Source: Minutocellus sp. GHC0000111 (lineage: Eukaryota). Taken from it: a stretch of 64,000 nucleotides of DNA. Below, one piece after another: positions 1-11,601 of the stretch. A program made the translations under genes and the position numbers. Positions within the stretch are counted from its first letter, which is position 1. Each line of letters begins with the position of its first letter. A model generated the notes under the pieces. That model did no database searches. It was not told where the DNA came from and saw nothing but the letters and a program-made list of their open reading frames with translations. The stretch is from the NCBI GenBank assembly GCA_977018835.1, contig OZ361257.1, forward strand, positions 1,364,001 through 1,428,000, in the 5' to 3' direction.

Positions 1-443
1 TCCTGATCTCTCAGAGACGAAGATGGATCAATTCGACATTTCACAACATGTGGGAGCTTCTCAAGGTTCGAACGCTGTGCGGCTGCTGCTGTCTATCAAT
101 GAAGGCTGTGGTTGCAATTGACATGCTCTCCACAATGATTTTGCCCGCTGCCATGCTCTATGGGCTCTCCTTCATCTATATTGTGTTTGTTGCAGGAGAA
201 CCAATCTCTCAACTGACGCTAATATTGTTCGGGGTCATATTGGGCGCGCAAGTTCTCATCCTCTTGGTTCGAAGTCGCATCGATCATCTCTTTTGGTTCT
301 TCATATACCTTGTGCTCGGTCTCCCCGTGTTCTTCTTCATCCTCCCTCTTTATTCCATGTGGAACATGGACGACCTGAGCTGGGGAACTACCCGTCAGGT
401 AGCCGATAAGAAGCCTGCATCACCTTCATCGTCTACCAAATAA
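1..443 (+). CDS. CHS: Chitin synthase, C-terminal part (copy 1, truncated by window edge)
   Basis: Begins with LISQRRRWINSTFHN (QRRRW signature), followed by TM helices and WNMDDLSWGTTR; TAA at 441-443. Confidence 0.9.
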   Translation, partial: LISQRRRWINSTFHNMWELLKVRTLCGCCCLSMKAVVAIDMLSTMILPAAMLYGLSFIYIVFVAGEPISQLTLILFGVILGAQVLILLVRSRIDHLFWFFIYLVLGLPVFFFILPLYSMWNMDDLSWGTTRQVADKKPASPSSSTK

Positions 444-492
444 GATTATAAACGACACTCTTTTTCGGTGTTTTTCCTGAATGCACGGGAAA

Positions 493-1227
493 TTAGCTCA
501 TAGTACGTCGATATCTCTGTACAAACCTTCTCAGAATAGCCTGTGCCTCTGGAGTCTCTTCGCCCTCAATCGCTTCAATGAGTTTGTCGGCATCTGCCTC
601 TGGAAAGTATCCATGACCTTTGTAGACCATGATTCGTACTTTGAATCCATCCACATCTCCCTCAGGATGGAATTGGGTGGCATAAACATTTTGCTTCACC
701 CGAAACATGGACACAGGACATTGCTCATTGTAAGCGAGAAGAACTGCCCCTGGAGGACAATGCTCATTCGACTCTTTATGACCCAATAAAACTCGGATTT
801 TAGGTGGCATGTCTTTCAGCAATGGGTCGTTGCGTTCATCTTCTGTGAGGATGATATCAACTCCTCCCACGGACTCGGGAAATCGGGTGGATACTGTGCC
901 TCCGAGGTATGATCCGAGCAATCCGCTTCCCGAACAGCAGCCCAGGAAGGGGAAATCTTGCTCTACTATTTGGAAATCGGCCTCGATTTTCTTTTGCAGG
1001 GGAGATTTAGCCTCCTCTCTTTCGCTAACATTGAATGGAGAACCACCAACGATGATGGCCGAGAAGTTGGATAGGTCGATCGGTGGCAGGCCTCCACGCT
1101 CGGCTCGGATTCGAACAACTTCGTTCGGATGAATGCCTCCGTAACGCAGGAAGGCCTCATACTCTCCATCGGATGTCTCGTCCTTTGGTCGGAGCTGGAT
1201 GATGAGGAATGGGAGCGTCTTTTGCAT
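493..1227 (-). CDS. Class I glutamine amidotransferase (GMP-synthase-like, bacterial type), copy 1
   Basis: Motifs IIVGGSPFNVS, FPFLGCCSGSG (nucleophile Cys) and ATQFHPEG (His-Glu of the triad). The likely start is MQKTLPFLIIQLRP at 1227, giving 244 aa; the ORF is open up to 1458. Confidence 0.88.
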   Translation of the reverse strand: MQKTLPFLIIQLRPKDETSDGEYEAFLRYGGIHPNEVVRIRAERGGLPPIDLSNFSAIIVGGSPFNVSEREEAKSPLQKKIEADFQIVEQDFPFLGCCSGSGLLGSYLGGTVSTRFPESVGGVDIILTEDERNDPLLKDMPPKIRVLLGHKESNEHCPPGAVLLAYNEQCPVSMFRVKQNVYATQFHPEGDVDGFKVRIMVYKGHGYFPEADADKLIEAIEGEETPEAQAILRRFVQRYRRTMS

Positions 1228-1547
1228 GTTGGGTTGGCGATCTCTTCTTTGCTTCGGGTATAAGGATATCGAGATAGGCGACGAAGGGAGAATGTTCATC
1301 TTCGGTTCGGGTTCTGCCGACATGGGCGAATCTTTTTCGGTTGCTGGCTTCGGCTTTGGATCTTTTTCTTCAGGACATTGGTAGTTGCATAATAAGTCAA
1401 AGCCGGGCCAAGAGCAGCAAAAGTTTTGTGGAGTTGGCGACCCGGTAAGATGCACCATGAATGTATCCTCGGAGTAAAAGGTAAACTAAGATCGATACAG
1501 TAAGGCTCGTGTACGCACTTCAAAATTTATTTAGTTATTAAGCCATT

Positions 1548-3214
1548 ATGGTCATGGTTCCTTGCTACAACGAAGGAGAGACTGAGCTACGAAAGACAAT
1601 CAAGAGCATTCTGGAGACTGACTATCCCCAGGAAAACAAAGTACTGGTGGTTGTGGCGGATGGCATCATTACAGGCAAGGTGAGTTGAATTTTCTTCACA
1701 ATTCAATTGTTCCGTCCGTATTTAAGGCGCATATTGGCGTTGTACCGGTATATCTGTTGTTGGTATGGCTGAAAACAAATTACACATGACATGGAAACGA
1801 GTCCCAGAACCTGACTCAATCGACTGAAAGTCCACCTACCGGTAGGCCTCCCAGCCGATTGCCTTTTTTATTCTTCTACAGGACTATACAAATCAATCTT
1901 CATCTGATGTCTCACTCCTTCTTTTTATACCCTATACTGTTTTTCTATATTTAGGGCGAGTGGGTGAACACACCGCTGCATTTGTCCAAAATCTTGGGCT
2001 TCAAAGTCAGCCGAAAGGACCCCGGTTATGCCTACAAGAGCATTGGCGCAACTGGGGAAAATCGAGCAAGTGTTTATTCCGGTGTGTACACAGTGGGTCA
2101 GAAGTCTTTAAAGTATATGGTCATCATAAAGCGCGGAACACCCGAGGAGAAGGATTCGCCGAGACCAGGTAATCGCGGCAAACGCGATTCTCAACTAATC
2201 CTCATGGGAATGCTGAACCGATTACATATGGATCGCCGTCCTTGTGAACTGGATGAAGCAATGGTCAAGGCGCTCAATGATCTGGAAATACCCCCTACAG
2301 AGATAGAGTACTTGATGGCAATTGATGCAGACACACGCGTGAGCAAATTGTCCATATCCTACATGCACCGCTATCTGCAGGCAAACAATCGAATCCTTGC
2401 TTGTTGTGGAGAGACCAAGGTGGACAATAAGACGGCGTCGTGGGTAACAATGTCACAGATATACGAGTACTTTGCAAGCCACGCATTAAAAAAATCGTTT
2501 GAACCTATATTTGGATGCGTGACGTGCTTGCCGGGGTGCTTCACAATGCTACGAATCTATTGTCCCGACGATATGAGGCCACTATTGTCATCCGACAACG
2601 TGTTCCAGGCGTACTCCAGGAACGACATTGAAAGTCTGCACGACAAGAATCTCTTTCATCTTGGGGAAGATCGCATGTTGACGACACTTTTGCTCAAATA
2701 CTTTCCAGAGTATAGATTGAACTTTGTTCCGGCAGCAGCATGCTGGACGATCGTTCCAGATACGTTCAAGGTCCTGATCTCTCAGAGACGAAGATGGATC
2801 AATTCGACATTTCACAACATGTGGGAGCTTCTCAAGGTTCGAACGCTGTGCGGCTGCTGCTGTCTATCAATGAAGGCTGTGGTTGCAATTGACATGCTCT
2901 CCACAATGATTTTGCCCGCTGCCATGCTCTATGGGCTCTCCTTCATCTATATTGTGTTTGTTGCAGGAGAACCAATCTCTCAACTGACGCTAATATTGTT
3001 CGGGGTCATATTGGGCGCGCAAGTTCTCATCCTCTTGGTTCGAAGTCGCATCGATCATCTCTTTTGGTTCTTCATATACCTTGTGCTCGGTCTCCCCGTG
3101 TTCTTCTTCATCCTCCCTCTTTATTCCATGTGGAACATGGACGACCTGAGCTGGGGAACTACCCGTCAGGTAGCCGATAAGAAGCCTGCATCACCTTCAT
3201 CGTCTACCAAATAA
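1548..3214 (+). CDS. CHS: Chitin synthase catalytic GT2 domain plus C-terminal TMs, 5'-truncated copy 2; exons 1548-1679 and 1955-3214
   Basis: MVMVPCYNEG...VVADGIITGK, intron GTGAGT(1680)...TTAG(1954), then GNRGKRDSQ, IDADT, VTCLPGCF, LGEDRMLT and SQRRRW. Confidence 0.88.
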
Positions 3215-3263
3215 GATTATAAACGACACTCTTTTTCGGTGTTTTTCCTGAATGCACGGGAAA

Positions 3264-3998
3264 TTAGCTCATAGTACGTCGATATCTCTGTACAAACCTT
3301 CTCAGAATAGCCTGTGCCTCTGGAGTCTCTTCGCCCTCAATCGCTTCAATGAGTTTGTCGGCATCTGCCTCTGGAAAGTATCCATGACCTTTGTAGACCA
3401 TGATTCGTACTTTGAATCCATCCACATCTCCCTCAGGATGGAATTGGGTGGCATAAACATTTTGCTTCACCCGAAACATGGACACAGGACATTGCTCATT
3501 GTAAGCGAGAAGAACTGCCCCTGGAGGACAATGCTCATTCGACTCTTTATGACCCAATAAAACTCGGATTTTAGGTGGCATGTCTTTCAGCAATGGGTCG
3601 TTGCGTTCATCTTCTGTGAGGATGATATCAACTCCTCCCACGGACTCGGGAAATCGGGTGGATACTGTGCCTCCGAGGTATGATCCGAGCAATCCGCTTC
3701 CCGAACAGCAGCCCAGGAAGGGGAAATCTTGCTCTACTATTTGGAAATCGGCCTCGATTTTCTTTTGCAGGGGAGATTTAGCCTCCTCTCTTTCGCTAAC
3801 ATTGAATGGAGAACCACCAACGATGATGGCCGAGAAGTTGGATAGGTCGATCGGTGGCAGGCCTCCACGCTCGGCTCGGATTCGAACAACTTCGTTCGGA
3901 TGAATGCCTCCGTAACGCAGGAAGGCCTCATACTCTCCATCGGATGTCTCGTCCTTTGGTCGGAGCTGGATGATGAGGAATGGGAGCGTCTTTTGCAT
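3264..3998 (-). CDS. Class I glutamine amidotransferase, copy 2
   Basis: Essentially identical to copy 1 at +2771. Confidence 0.88.
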   Translation of the reverse strand: MQKTLPFLIIQLRPKDETSDGEYEAFLRYGGIHPNEVVRIRAERGGLPPIDLSNFSAIIVGGSPFNVSEREEAKSPLQKKIEADFQIVEQDFPFLGCCSGSGLLGSYLGGTVSTRFPESVGGVDIILTEDERNDPLLKDMPPKIRVLLGHKESNEHCPPGAVLLAYNEQCPVSMFRVKQNVYATQFHPEGDVDGFKVRIMVYKGHGYFPEADADKLIEAIEGEETPEAQAILRRFVQRYRRTMS

Positions 3999-4318
3999 GT
4001 TGGATTGGCGATCTCTTCTTTGCTTCGGGTATAAGGATATCGAGATAGGCGACGAAGGGAGAATGTTCATCTTCGGTTCGGGTTCTGCCGACATGGGCGA
4101 ATCTTTTTCGGTTGCTGGCTTCGGCTTTGGATCTTTTTCTTCAGGACATTGGTAGTTGCATAATAAGTCAAAGCCGGGCCAAGAGCAGCAAAAGTTTTGT
4201 GGAGTTGGCGACCCGGTAAGATGCACCATGAATGTATCCTCGGAGTAAAAGGTAAACTAAGATCGATACAGTAAGGCTCGTGTACGCACTTCAAAATTTA
4301 TTTAGTTATTAAGCCATT

Positions 4319-5965
4319 ATGGTCATGGTTCCTTGCTACAACGAAGGAGAGACTGAGCTACGAAAGACAATCAAGAGCATTCTGGAGACTGACTATCCCC
4401 AGGAAAACAAAGTACTGGTGGTTGTGGCGGATGGCATCATTACAGGCAAGGTGAGTTGAATTTTCTTCACAATTCAATTGTTCCGTCCGTATTTAAGGCG
4501 CATATTGGCGTTGTACCGGTATATCTGTTGTTGGTATGGCTGAAAACAAATTACACATGACATGGAAACGAGTCCCAGAACCTGACTCAATCGACTGAAA
4601 GTCCACCTACCGGTAGGCCTCCCAGCCGATTGCCTTTTTTATTCTTCTACAGGACTATACAAATCAATCTTCATCTGATGTCTCACTCCTTCTTTTTATA
4701 CCCTATACTGTTTTTCTATATTTAGGGCGAGTGGGTGAACACACCGCTGCATTTGTCCAAAATCTTGGGCTTCAAAGTCAGCCGAAAGGACCCCGGTTAT
4801 GCCTACAAGAGCATTGGCGCAACTGGGGAAAATCGAGCAAGTGTTTATTCCGGTGTGTACACAGTGGGTCAGAAGTCTTTAAAGTATATGGTCATCATAA
4901 AGCGCGGAACACCCGAGGAGAAGGATTCGCCGAGACCAGGTAATCGCGGCAAACGCGATTCTCAACTAATCCTCATGGGAATGCTGAACCGATTACATAT
5001 GGATCGCCGTCCTTGTGAACTGGATGAAGCAATGGTCAAGGCGCTCAATGATCTGGAAATACCCCCTACAGAGATAGAGTACTTGATGGCAATTGATGCA
5101 GACACACGCGTGAGCAAATTGTCCATATCCTACATGCACCGCTATCTGCAGGCAAACAATCGAATCCTTGCTTGTTGTGGAGAGACCAAGGTGGACAATA
5201 AGACGGCGTCGTGGGTAACAATGTCACAGATATACGAGTACTTTGCAAGCCACGCATTAAAAAAATCGTTTGAATCTATATTTGGATGCGTGACGTGCTT
5301 GCCGGGGTGCTTCACAATGCTACGAATCTATTGTCCCGACGATATGAGGCCACTATTGTCATCCGACAACGTGTTCCAGGCGTACTCCAGGAACGACATT
5401 GAAAGTCTGCACGACAAGAATCTCTTTCATCTTGGGGAAGATCGCATGTTGACGACACTTTTGCTCAAATACTTTCCAGAGTATAGATTGAACTTTGTTC
5501 CGGCAGCAGCATGCTGGACGATCGTTCCAGATACGTTCAAGGTCCTGATCTCTCAGAGACGAAGATGGATCAATTCGACATTTCACAACATGTGGGAGCT
5601 TCTCAAGGTTCGAACGCTGTGCGGCTGCTGCTGTCTATCAATGAAGGCTGTGGTTGCAATTGACATGCTCTCCACAATGATTTTGCCCGCTGCCATGCTC
5701 TATGGGCTCTCCTTCATCTATATTGTGTTTGTTGCAGGAGAACCAATCTCTCAACTGACGCTAATATTGTTCGGGGTCATATTGGGCGCGCAAGTTCTCA
5801 TCCTCTTGGTTCGAAGTCGCATCGATCATCTCTTTTGGTTCTTCATATACCTTGTGCTCGGTCCTCCCTCTTTATTCCATGTGGAACATGGACGACCTGA
5901 GCTGGGGAACTACCCGTCAGGTAGCCGATAAGAAGCCTGCATCACCTTCATCGTCTACCAAATAA
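4319..5965 (+). pseudogene. CHS: Chitin synthase copy 3 with a 20-bp frameshifting deletion in the last TM region
   Basis: Same exon structure (4319-4450, 4726 onward). TCTCCCCGTGTTCTTCTTCA is missing at about 5862, so the WNMDDLSWG motif is out of frame. Confidence 0.8.
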
Positions 5966-6014
5966 GATTATAAACGACACTCTTTTTCGGTGTTTTTCCT
6001 GAATGCACGGGAAA

Positions 6015-6751
6015 TTAGCTCATAGTACGTCGATATCTCTGTACAAACCTTCTCAGAATAGCCTGTGCCTCTGGAGTCTCTTCGCCCTCAATCGCTTCAA
6101 TGAGTTTTTGTCGGCATCTGCCTCTGGAAAGTATCCATGACCTTTGTAGACCATGATTCGTACTTTGAATCCATCCACACCTCCCTCAGGATGGAATTGG
6201 GTGGCATAAACATTTTGCTTCACCCGAAACATGGACACAGGACATTGCTCATTGTAAGCGAGAAGAACTGCCCCTGGAGGACAATGCTCATTCGACTCTT
6301 TATGACCCAATAAAACTCGGATTTTAGGTGGCATGTCTTTCAGCAATGGGTCGTTGCGTTCATCTTCTGTGAGGATGATATCAACTCCTCCCACGGACTC
6401 GGGAAATCGGGTGGATACTGTGCCTCCGAGGTATGATCCGAGCAATCCGCTTCCCGAACAGCAGCCCAGGAAGGGGAAATCTTGCTCTACTATTTGGAAA
6501 TCGGCCTCGATTTTCTTTTGCAGGGGAGATTTAGCCTCCTCTCTTTCGCTAACATTGAATGGAGAACCACCAACGATGATGGCCGAGAAGTTGGATAGGT
6601 CGATCGGTGGCAGGCCTCCACGCTCGGCTCGGATTCGAACAACTTCGTTCGGATGAATGCCTCCGTAACGCAGGAAGGCCTCATACTCTCCATCGGATGT
6701 CTCGTCCTCTGGTCGGAGCTGGATGATGAGGAATGGGAGCGTCTTTTGCAT
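6015..6751 (-). pseudogene. Class I glutamine amidotransferase copy 3, C-terminal frameshift
   Basis: Two extra T in the run at about 6105-6109 (GAGTTTTTGTC vs GAGTTTGTC) change the C-terminus; this may be a homopolymer sequencing error. Confidence 0.7.
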
Positions 6752-7084
6752 GTTGGGTTGGCGATCTCTTCTTTGCTTCGGGTATAAGGATATCGAGATA
6801 GGCGACGAAGGGAGAATGTTCATCTTCGGTTCGGGTTCTGCCGACATGGGCGAATCTTTTTCGGTTGCTGGCTTCGGCTTTGGATCTTTTTCTTCAGGAC
6901 ATTGGTAGTTGCATAATAATATATAAAAAAAGTCAAAGCCGGCCAAGAGCAGCAAAAGTTTTGTGGAGTTGGCGACCCGGTAAGATGCACCATGAATGTA
7001 TCCTCGGAGTAAAAGGTAAACTAAGATCGATACAGTAAGGCTCGTGTACGCACTTCAAAATTTATTTAGTTATTAACGATTTTC

Positions 7085-9613
7085 TTACATGACAGACGCA
7101 ACGGTATCAATGGCGTCGGTGGTGGCAGCCATCGCCGGAAGAACGAGGCCCTCGCCTCCATGAAGGAGGGCATTCTGTGCAAGGTATGTGGCAATACCGG
7201 CGAAGTAGCCCACAGCCGCACCGATAGAAACCTTCTTGGCATACCACAAGAAGTCCACCTTCTCAAGACCCATGAGTGCAACGCCACTGGCCGAGCCAAT
7301 AATCAGGATGGATCCACCAGTACCAGCGCAGAGGGCAATGAGCTGCCAGAGCTTGTCATCGGTGCCGTAGTCGGCAAGGTCATACATTCCCATGGTAGCT
7401 GCCACAAGAGGAACATTATCAATGAGAGCCGAGGCAATACCAATAACGGTGGCAATAATGTCCTGGCTGGGAAGATTCTCATTCAGGAATACAGCCAAGT
7501 CTTTGAGGAGACCACTTCGATCAAGAACGCCGATACTCATGAGAATGCCCAAGAAGAAGAGAATTCCGGACGTATCAAGCTTGGAAAGAGCTGCCGGGAC
7601 CTTCATCTCAGCCTCGCCCTCCTCGCCAAAGTGAATGAGATCGGTGAGCGTCCACATTGCACCAAGACCAGTGAGCATGGCAAAATACGGCGGCAACCCA
7701 GTGAGCTCCGAGAAGACTGGAACGGCAAGGAGCGAGGCAATTCCAGCCCAGAAAACAAGCTGTCCACGAGGAGCCAAAGTCGAGGGCTCGGGAAGAGTAG
7801 ATTCCGCCAGGGAGGAATCCTCCTCGACCTGGTTGACAAGGAACGCCAACGAACCGACCAGACAAACGACCGAGGGCAAAAATAGCTCCGTGACGGTGGG
7901 AACAGTGGACAGATTGTTGTTAATCCAGAGCATAGTGGTAGTAACATCACCAATGGGCGTCCAAACACCGCCAGCGTTGGCGGCAACAACCACCATGGCA
8001 CCAAAAAGACGACGATCGTCATCGTTGGGGACAAGCTTGCGCAGAAGGGACACCATGACAATGGTCACGGTAAGGTTGTTCAGGATGGCCGAGAGGAAGA
8101 AGGTGAGGAAACCAATGACCCAAAACAAAGACTTCTTCGACTTGGTCGTGATGAGGTTGGTAACAACCTTGAATCCTTGATGAGCGTCCACAACCTCAAC
8201 GATGGTCGATGCAGCCAAAAGGAAGAAGCAAATGTCGGATACCTCCGAAAGCTGCTCCTTGAGCTGCTCGAGCACTCCCTCGGTAGCGACACCGCTCTCG
8301 TTCTGGTAGAAATCGGCATAGGTAATCCACATACCGGTGTTCATCAGCAGGGCAACGGCGGCCTTGTTGAATTCGAATACCTCCTCAAAGATGATGCCGA
8401 TGTACCCAATGACAAAGATGGCGATCATGGCAAGCTGAGAGTTCTCGTGAAGCCAGGCGGACTGCGACAGGAACAGTCCGATGGAGGCAACCGAAAGGAC
8501 GGCCGTACCGACGCGGATGATGTCCTCCTTGACGGTTTCGGGATTCTTGGCCAGGTCGTTGGCCTGCGACTTCTGCTCCTCCCTCATCTGAGCGATGGGG
8601 TCGTTGATGCCGGGGAACTTCTTCGCCAAACTTTCCAAGCTGAGCCTCTCATCCTTCTGGACGGTCGACATGACGTCCTGCATGCTGATGACGCCACGGA
8701 TATCGGCGCTGCCGCTGACGCGGTTGTCGGCCGAGACCTGGTCGGCCACGACCAGGTGGCGGACACCGGACTGCTGCATGGCCGCGATGGCCTTGTTGGC
8801 CGTATCGGTGGTGGCAATGCCGACGAGCTTGTCGGTCGGCGTTACGTACTGCGACACGGGCGATACAATGAATTCGGCATCCTCCACTTCCGTGCTGGCA
8901 CCCTCGGCACGGGCGGTAGAGAACTGCCAAATGCAGCCCATGGTCATGCAATAGATTCGAACACAGCACGGATTTTACCATGCCATTGTGGTTTGCAACC
9001 AAAAATTTGGTGAGAGATTCGTCAATGCAAAAATTTGAATTGTTGTATACTGCTAAAAAGCACAATCCTGAAGCGACAAGGGAATGCAACTTCAAATACA
9101 AACACATGTAGCCACATGCGACGTAGCTAGCGATCACATACGCACCTTGATGTAGTCCGCCTCGGTAAAGATACCGAGCAGGTCCCCATCGTCGTCGCCG
9201 AACACCAGGGCAATGTCGGCCCCCTCCTGGTTGGCAATGCCGCCCATCACATCAATGACGCGATCCGATCCCTGCGCCTTGTAGTAGCCGCTGTTGCGCT
9301 GGGAGGTCTTGAGGATGCGCTCGACGGAGGAGGAGAAGCCATATCCCTCCGGCGTGAGGAGGCTGGAGGTGGCGAACATCTCCTGCTCGCCGGTCTCGGT
9401 AGCGGCCATGTGCCGGACGGTGCGGGCGCTTCCGGAAGTAGAGGAGGCAAATGCGGAGGATCGGCTGGACATCATGTGAGCGGCGGAGCGAGGGGCCGGG
9501 TGATGAGCGGGCGTGGAGAAGGCCGATGCCTCCCTCACGACACTACCGCCGGCGCTGAGGGCCAGGATGGCCCCGAGGGCCGTCGCCTTTGCCGTCGTCG
9601 TTCGAGGTCCCAT
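7085..9613 (-). CDS. NhaD: Plastid-targeted NhaD-type Na+/H+ antiporter with N-terminal CBS domains; exons 9613-9146 and 8923-7085
   Basis: Signal peptide plus EASAFSTP; CBS-like segments (LLGIFTEADYIK, VRHLVV...GVISMQDV); NhaD motifs FEFNKAAVAL, SAILNNLTVTIV, AANAGGVWTPIGDVTT, DNVPLVAA and GTGGSILIIGSASGV. The GT-AG intron 9145-8924 keeps the frame. Confidence 0.92.
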
Positions 9614-9931
9614 GGTGCCGGTGGGGAAATGGGCTGAAAAAATGCATCCGGTCTGTCCTTCGTTGGAATAATGCACTTCGCACTCTCTCGGGTCCAGAGT
9701 TAGACTCCAATTCCCCTTTGTATTCCCTGTAGGGAGTGCCTATACGTACTAAAAGTAAACGTACGTATTTTACAATCGTCAGTGCTTTGTTGACGTCGCT
9801 TGCGTATCTCGCCGAAACAACGGGCCGCCGTCATTTTTGTTGTCTTGATATTGGCCAACGCGGTATCCAGCCAAGCAAGGAATTCTGTGGTACACATATA
9901 CACACTTACACCCAAACATATAATATCAATA

Positions 9932-11353
9932 ATGAAGCTCAACTCAGCAATATTGTGCATCGTCGGGGTATCGAATGCTGCCGCCTTTTCCTCCCTCCAG
10001 GGGAGAACTTGGACAGCCAGCGTAAGCAGAGGCAAGAGTTACAACACCGGAAGAAGCGCGCTGTACATGAAGTCCGATGCGGAAAGGGTGGTCGTCACAG
10101 GCCTCGGCGTTATCAGCGGATGCGGCATCGGCCACGAGGACTTCTTCCAGTCCTGCGTCGACGGCAAGTCCAGCCTGGGCAAGGTGACGCGGTTCGATGC
10201 CTCGGCGTATCCCTGCCAGATCGGCTCGGAGGTGCCCGACGACATGTTCGAGCCCAAGGATCACTTTGCCAACCCCAAGAACGCCAAGACCAACGATCGC
10301 TACACGCATTTGGCCGTGGCCAGCGCCCGCCTCACCCTCAAGGATGCTGGCGTCGGAGATACTCCCGACACCATGGCCGATCCCGACCGGTGCGGTGTCT
10401 TCGTCGGCACGGCCTTTGGGGGGATGGAAACCTTTGAGCGCGAAACGCTCAAGCTGGCCAAGAATCCCGATCGGCCCAAGGTCAGTCCCTTCACCATCCC
10501 GGCCCTTCTGGGCAACACTGCCTCGGGAGTCATTGGCATTGAGACCGGTGCCCGCGGACCCAACTACGGCGTCACCTCGGCCTGTGCCAGTGCCAGCCAC
10601 GCCATCGGCGAGGCCTACGGCATGATCGTCGATGGACATGCCGACATGATGATCGCCGGCGGCACCGAGGCCACCATCACCCCCCTGTGCTACGCCGGCT
10701 TCTGCGCCATGAAGGCCATGGCAACCTTCGCCAACGACGACCCAGTCTCGGGATCCAGACCGTTCGATGCCGACCGAGGTGGATTCGTCATGGGAGAGGG
10801 TGCCGGCACCGTCCTTCTGGAGAGCTTGGAAAGCGCCAAGAAGCGCGGGGCCAAGATCTACTGCGAGATGGTGGGATACGGCGCCTCGTGCGATGCGCAT
10901 CACATCACCACCCCGGCACCGGAGGGACGGGGCCTGGCCAAGGCCATGGACATGGCCATGGAGATGTCCGGTTTGGATGCCACCGATGTCAATTACGTCA
11001 ATGCTCACGGTACCTCGACGGCCTACAATGACAAGTTCGAGACCATGGCCATCAAGACGGTCTTTGGTGATCATGCCACCGCCAAGGATGGCAAGTTCGT
11101 CGTCAGTTCGACCAAGTGCGTTACGGGGCATACCCTGGCAGCTGCTGGTGGTCTCGAGGCTGTTGTCATTGCACGCAGCATTGCCGACAGCGTTGTTCCT
11201 CCGACAACCAACTACAAGACTGCGGACCCGGAATGCGACTTGGACTATGTCCCCAACGACAAGAGGGAAATGGAAGTCAAGGGAGCCATGAGCACCAACC
11301 TGGGCTTCGGTGGTCACAATGCTGCTATCCTCTTCAAGAAGTACGAGGAGTAG
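9932..11353 (+). CDS. fabF: Plastid 3-oxoacyl-ACP synthase II (KAS II)
   Basis: MKLNSAILCIVGVSNAAAFS presequence; RVVVTGLG, TSACASASHAIG (catalytic Cys), NAHGTST, TGHTLAAAG and NLGFGGHNA. Confidence 0.96.
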   Translation: MKLNSAILCIVGVSNAAAFSSLQGRTWTASVSRGKSYNTGRSALYMKSDAERVVVTGLGVISGCGIGHEDFFQSCVDGKSSLGKVTRFDASAYPCQIGSEVPDDMFEPKDHFANPKNAKTNDRYTHLAVASARLTLKDAGVGDTPDTMADPDRCGVFVGTAFGGMETFERETLKLAKNPDRPKVSPFTIPALLGNTASGVIGIETGARGPNYGVTSACASASHAIGEAYGMIVDGHADMMIAGGTEATITPLCYAGFCAMKAMATFANDDPVSGSRPFDADRGGFVMGEGAGTVLLESLESAKKRGAKIYCEMVGYGASCDAHHITTPAPEGRGLAKAMDMAMEMSGLDATDVNYVNAHGTSTAYNDKFETMAIKTVFGDHATAKDGKFVVSSTKCVTGHTLAAAGGLEAVVIARSIADSVVPPTTNYKTADPECDLDYVPNDKREMEVKGAMSTNLGFGGHNAAILFKKYEE

Positions 11354-11601
11354 ATAAATGAAATCGAAATCGTACTACGTATATACAAGACACCAAATGG
11401 TGTCGAATTGTGCATAAATCGTGCCCCAGGCTGACTGATTATGTGTCCGCAACAAGAGCGTGGCATTGCTACTTACATTTGAGAAATAAATACCCAAAAT
11501 AATAGACAAGCGCTATATATTAACAAGTTTAATCAGAACCCCTGACGGAAAGACGGAAAGGAAAATAATACATAACCCAAAGTACGTACTTGATAGTATG
11601 C

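Larger units (their letters stand above)
1..7076. repeat. Head-to-tail tandem array of a 2771-bp unit (partial unit 1-1541, units 1542-4312 and 4313-7076); may continue left of the window
   Basis: Identical ORFs recur at +2771 (493->3264, 1964->4735). The junction TTAGTTATTAA|GCCATTATG occurs at 1541/1542 and 4312/4313, versus the unique flank TTAGTTATTAA|CGATTTTC at 7076/7077. Confidence 0.97.

Noticed and set aside
1228..1458. 77-aa N-terminal extension of the GATase ORF
   Set aside because: Low complexity and broken by indels in copy 3, while the recognisable domain starts at MQKTLPF; probably UTR, though not excluded.
1..7076. Tandem array as a CRISPR array or transposon
   Set aside because: The units are 2.8-kb gene-bearing segments with no spacers, terminal repeats or transposase.
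9944..11317. 457-aa antisense ORF over fabF, and similar long antisense/alternative-frame ORFs over NhaD, gamma-CA and the 53-57 kb genes
   Set aside because: Shadow ORFs expected from GC3-rich codon usage; no motifs of their own.
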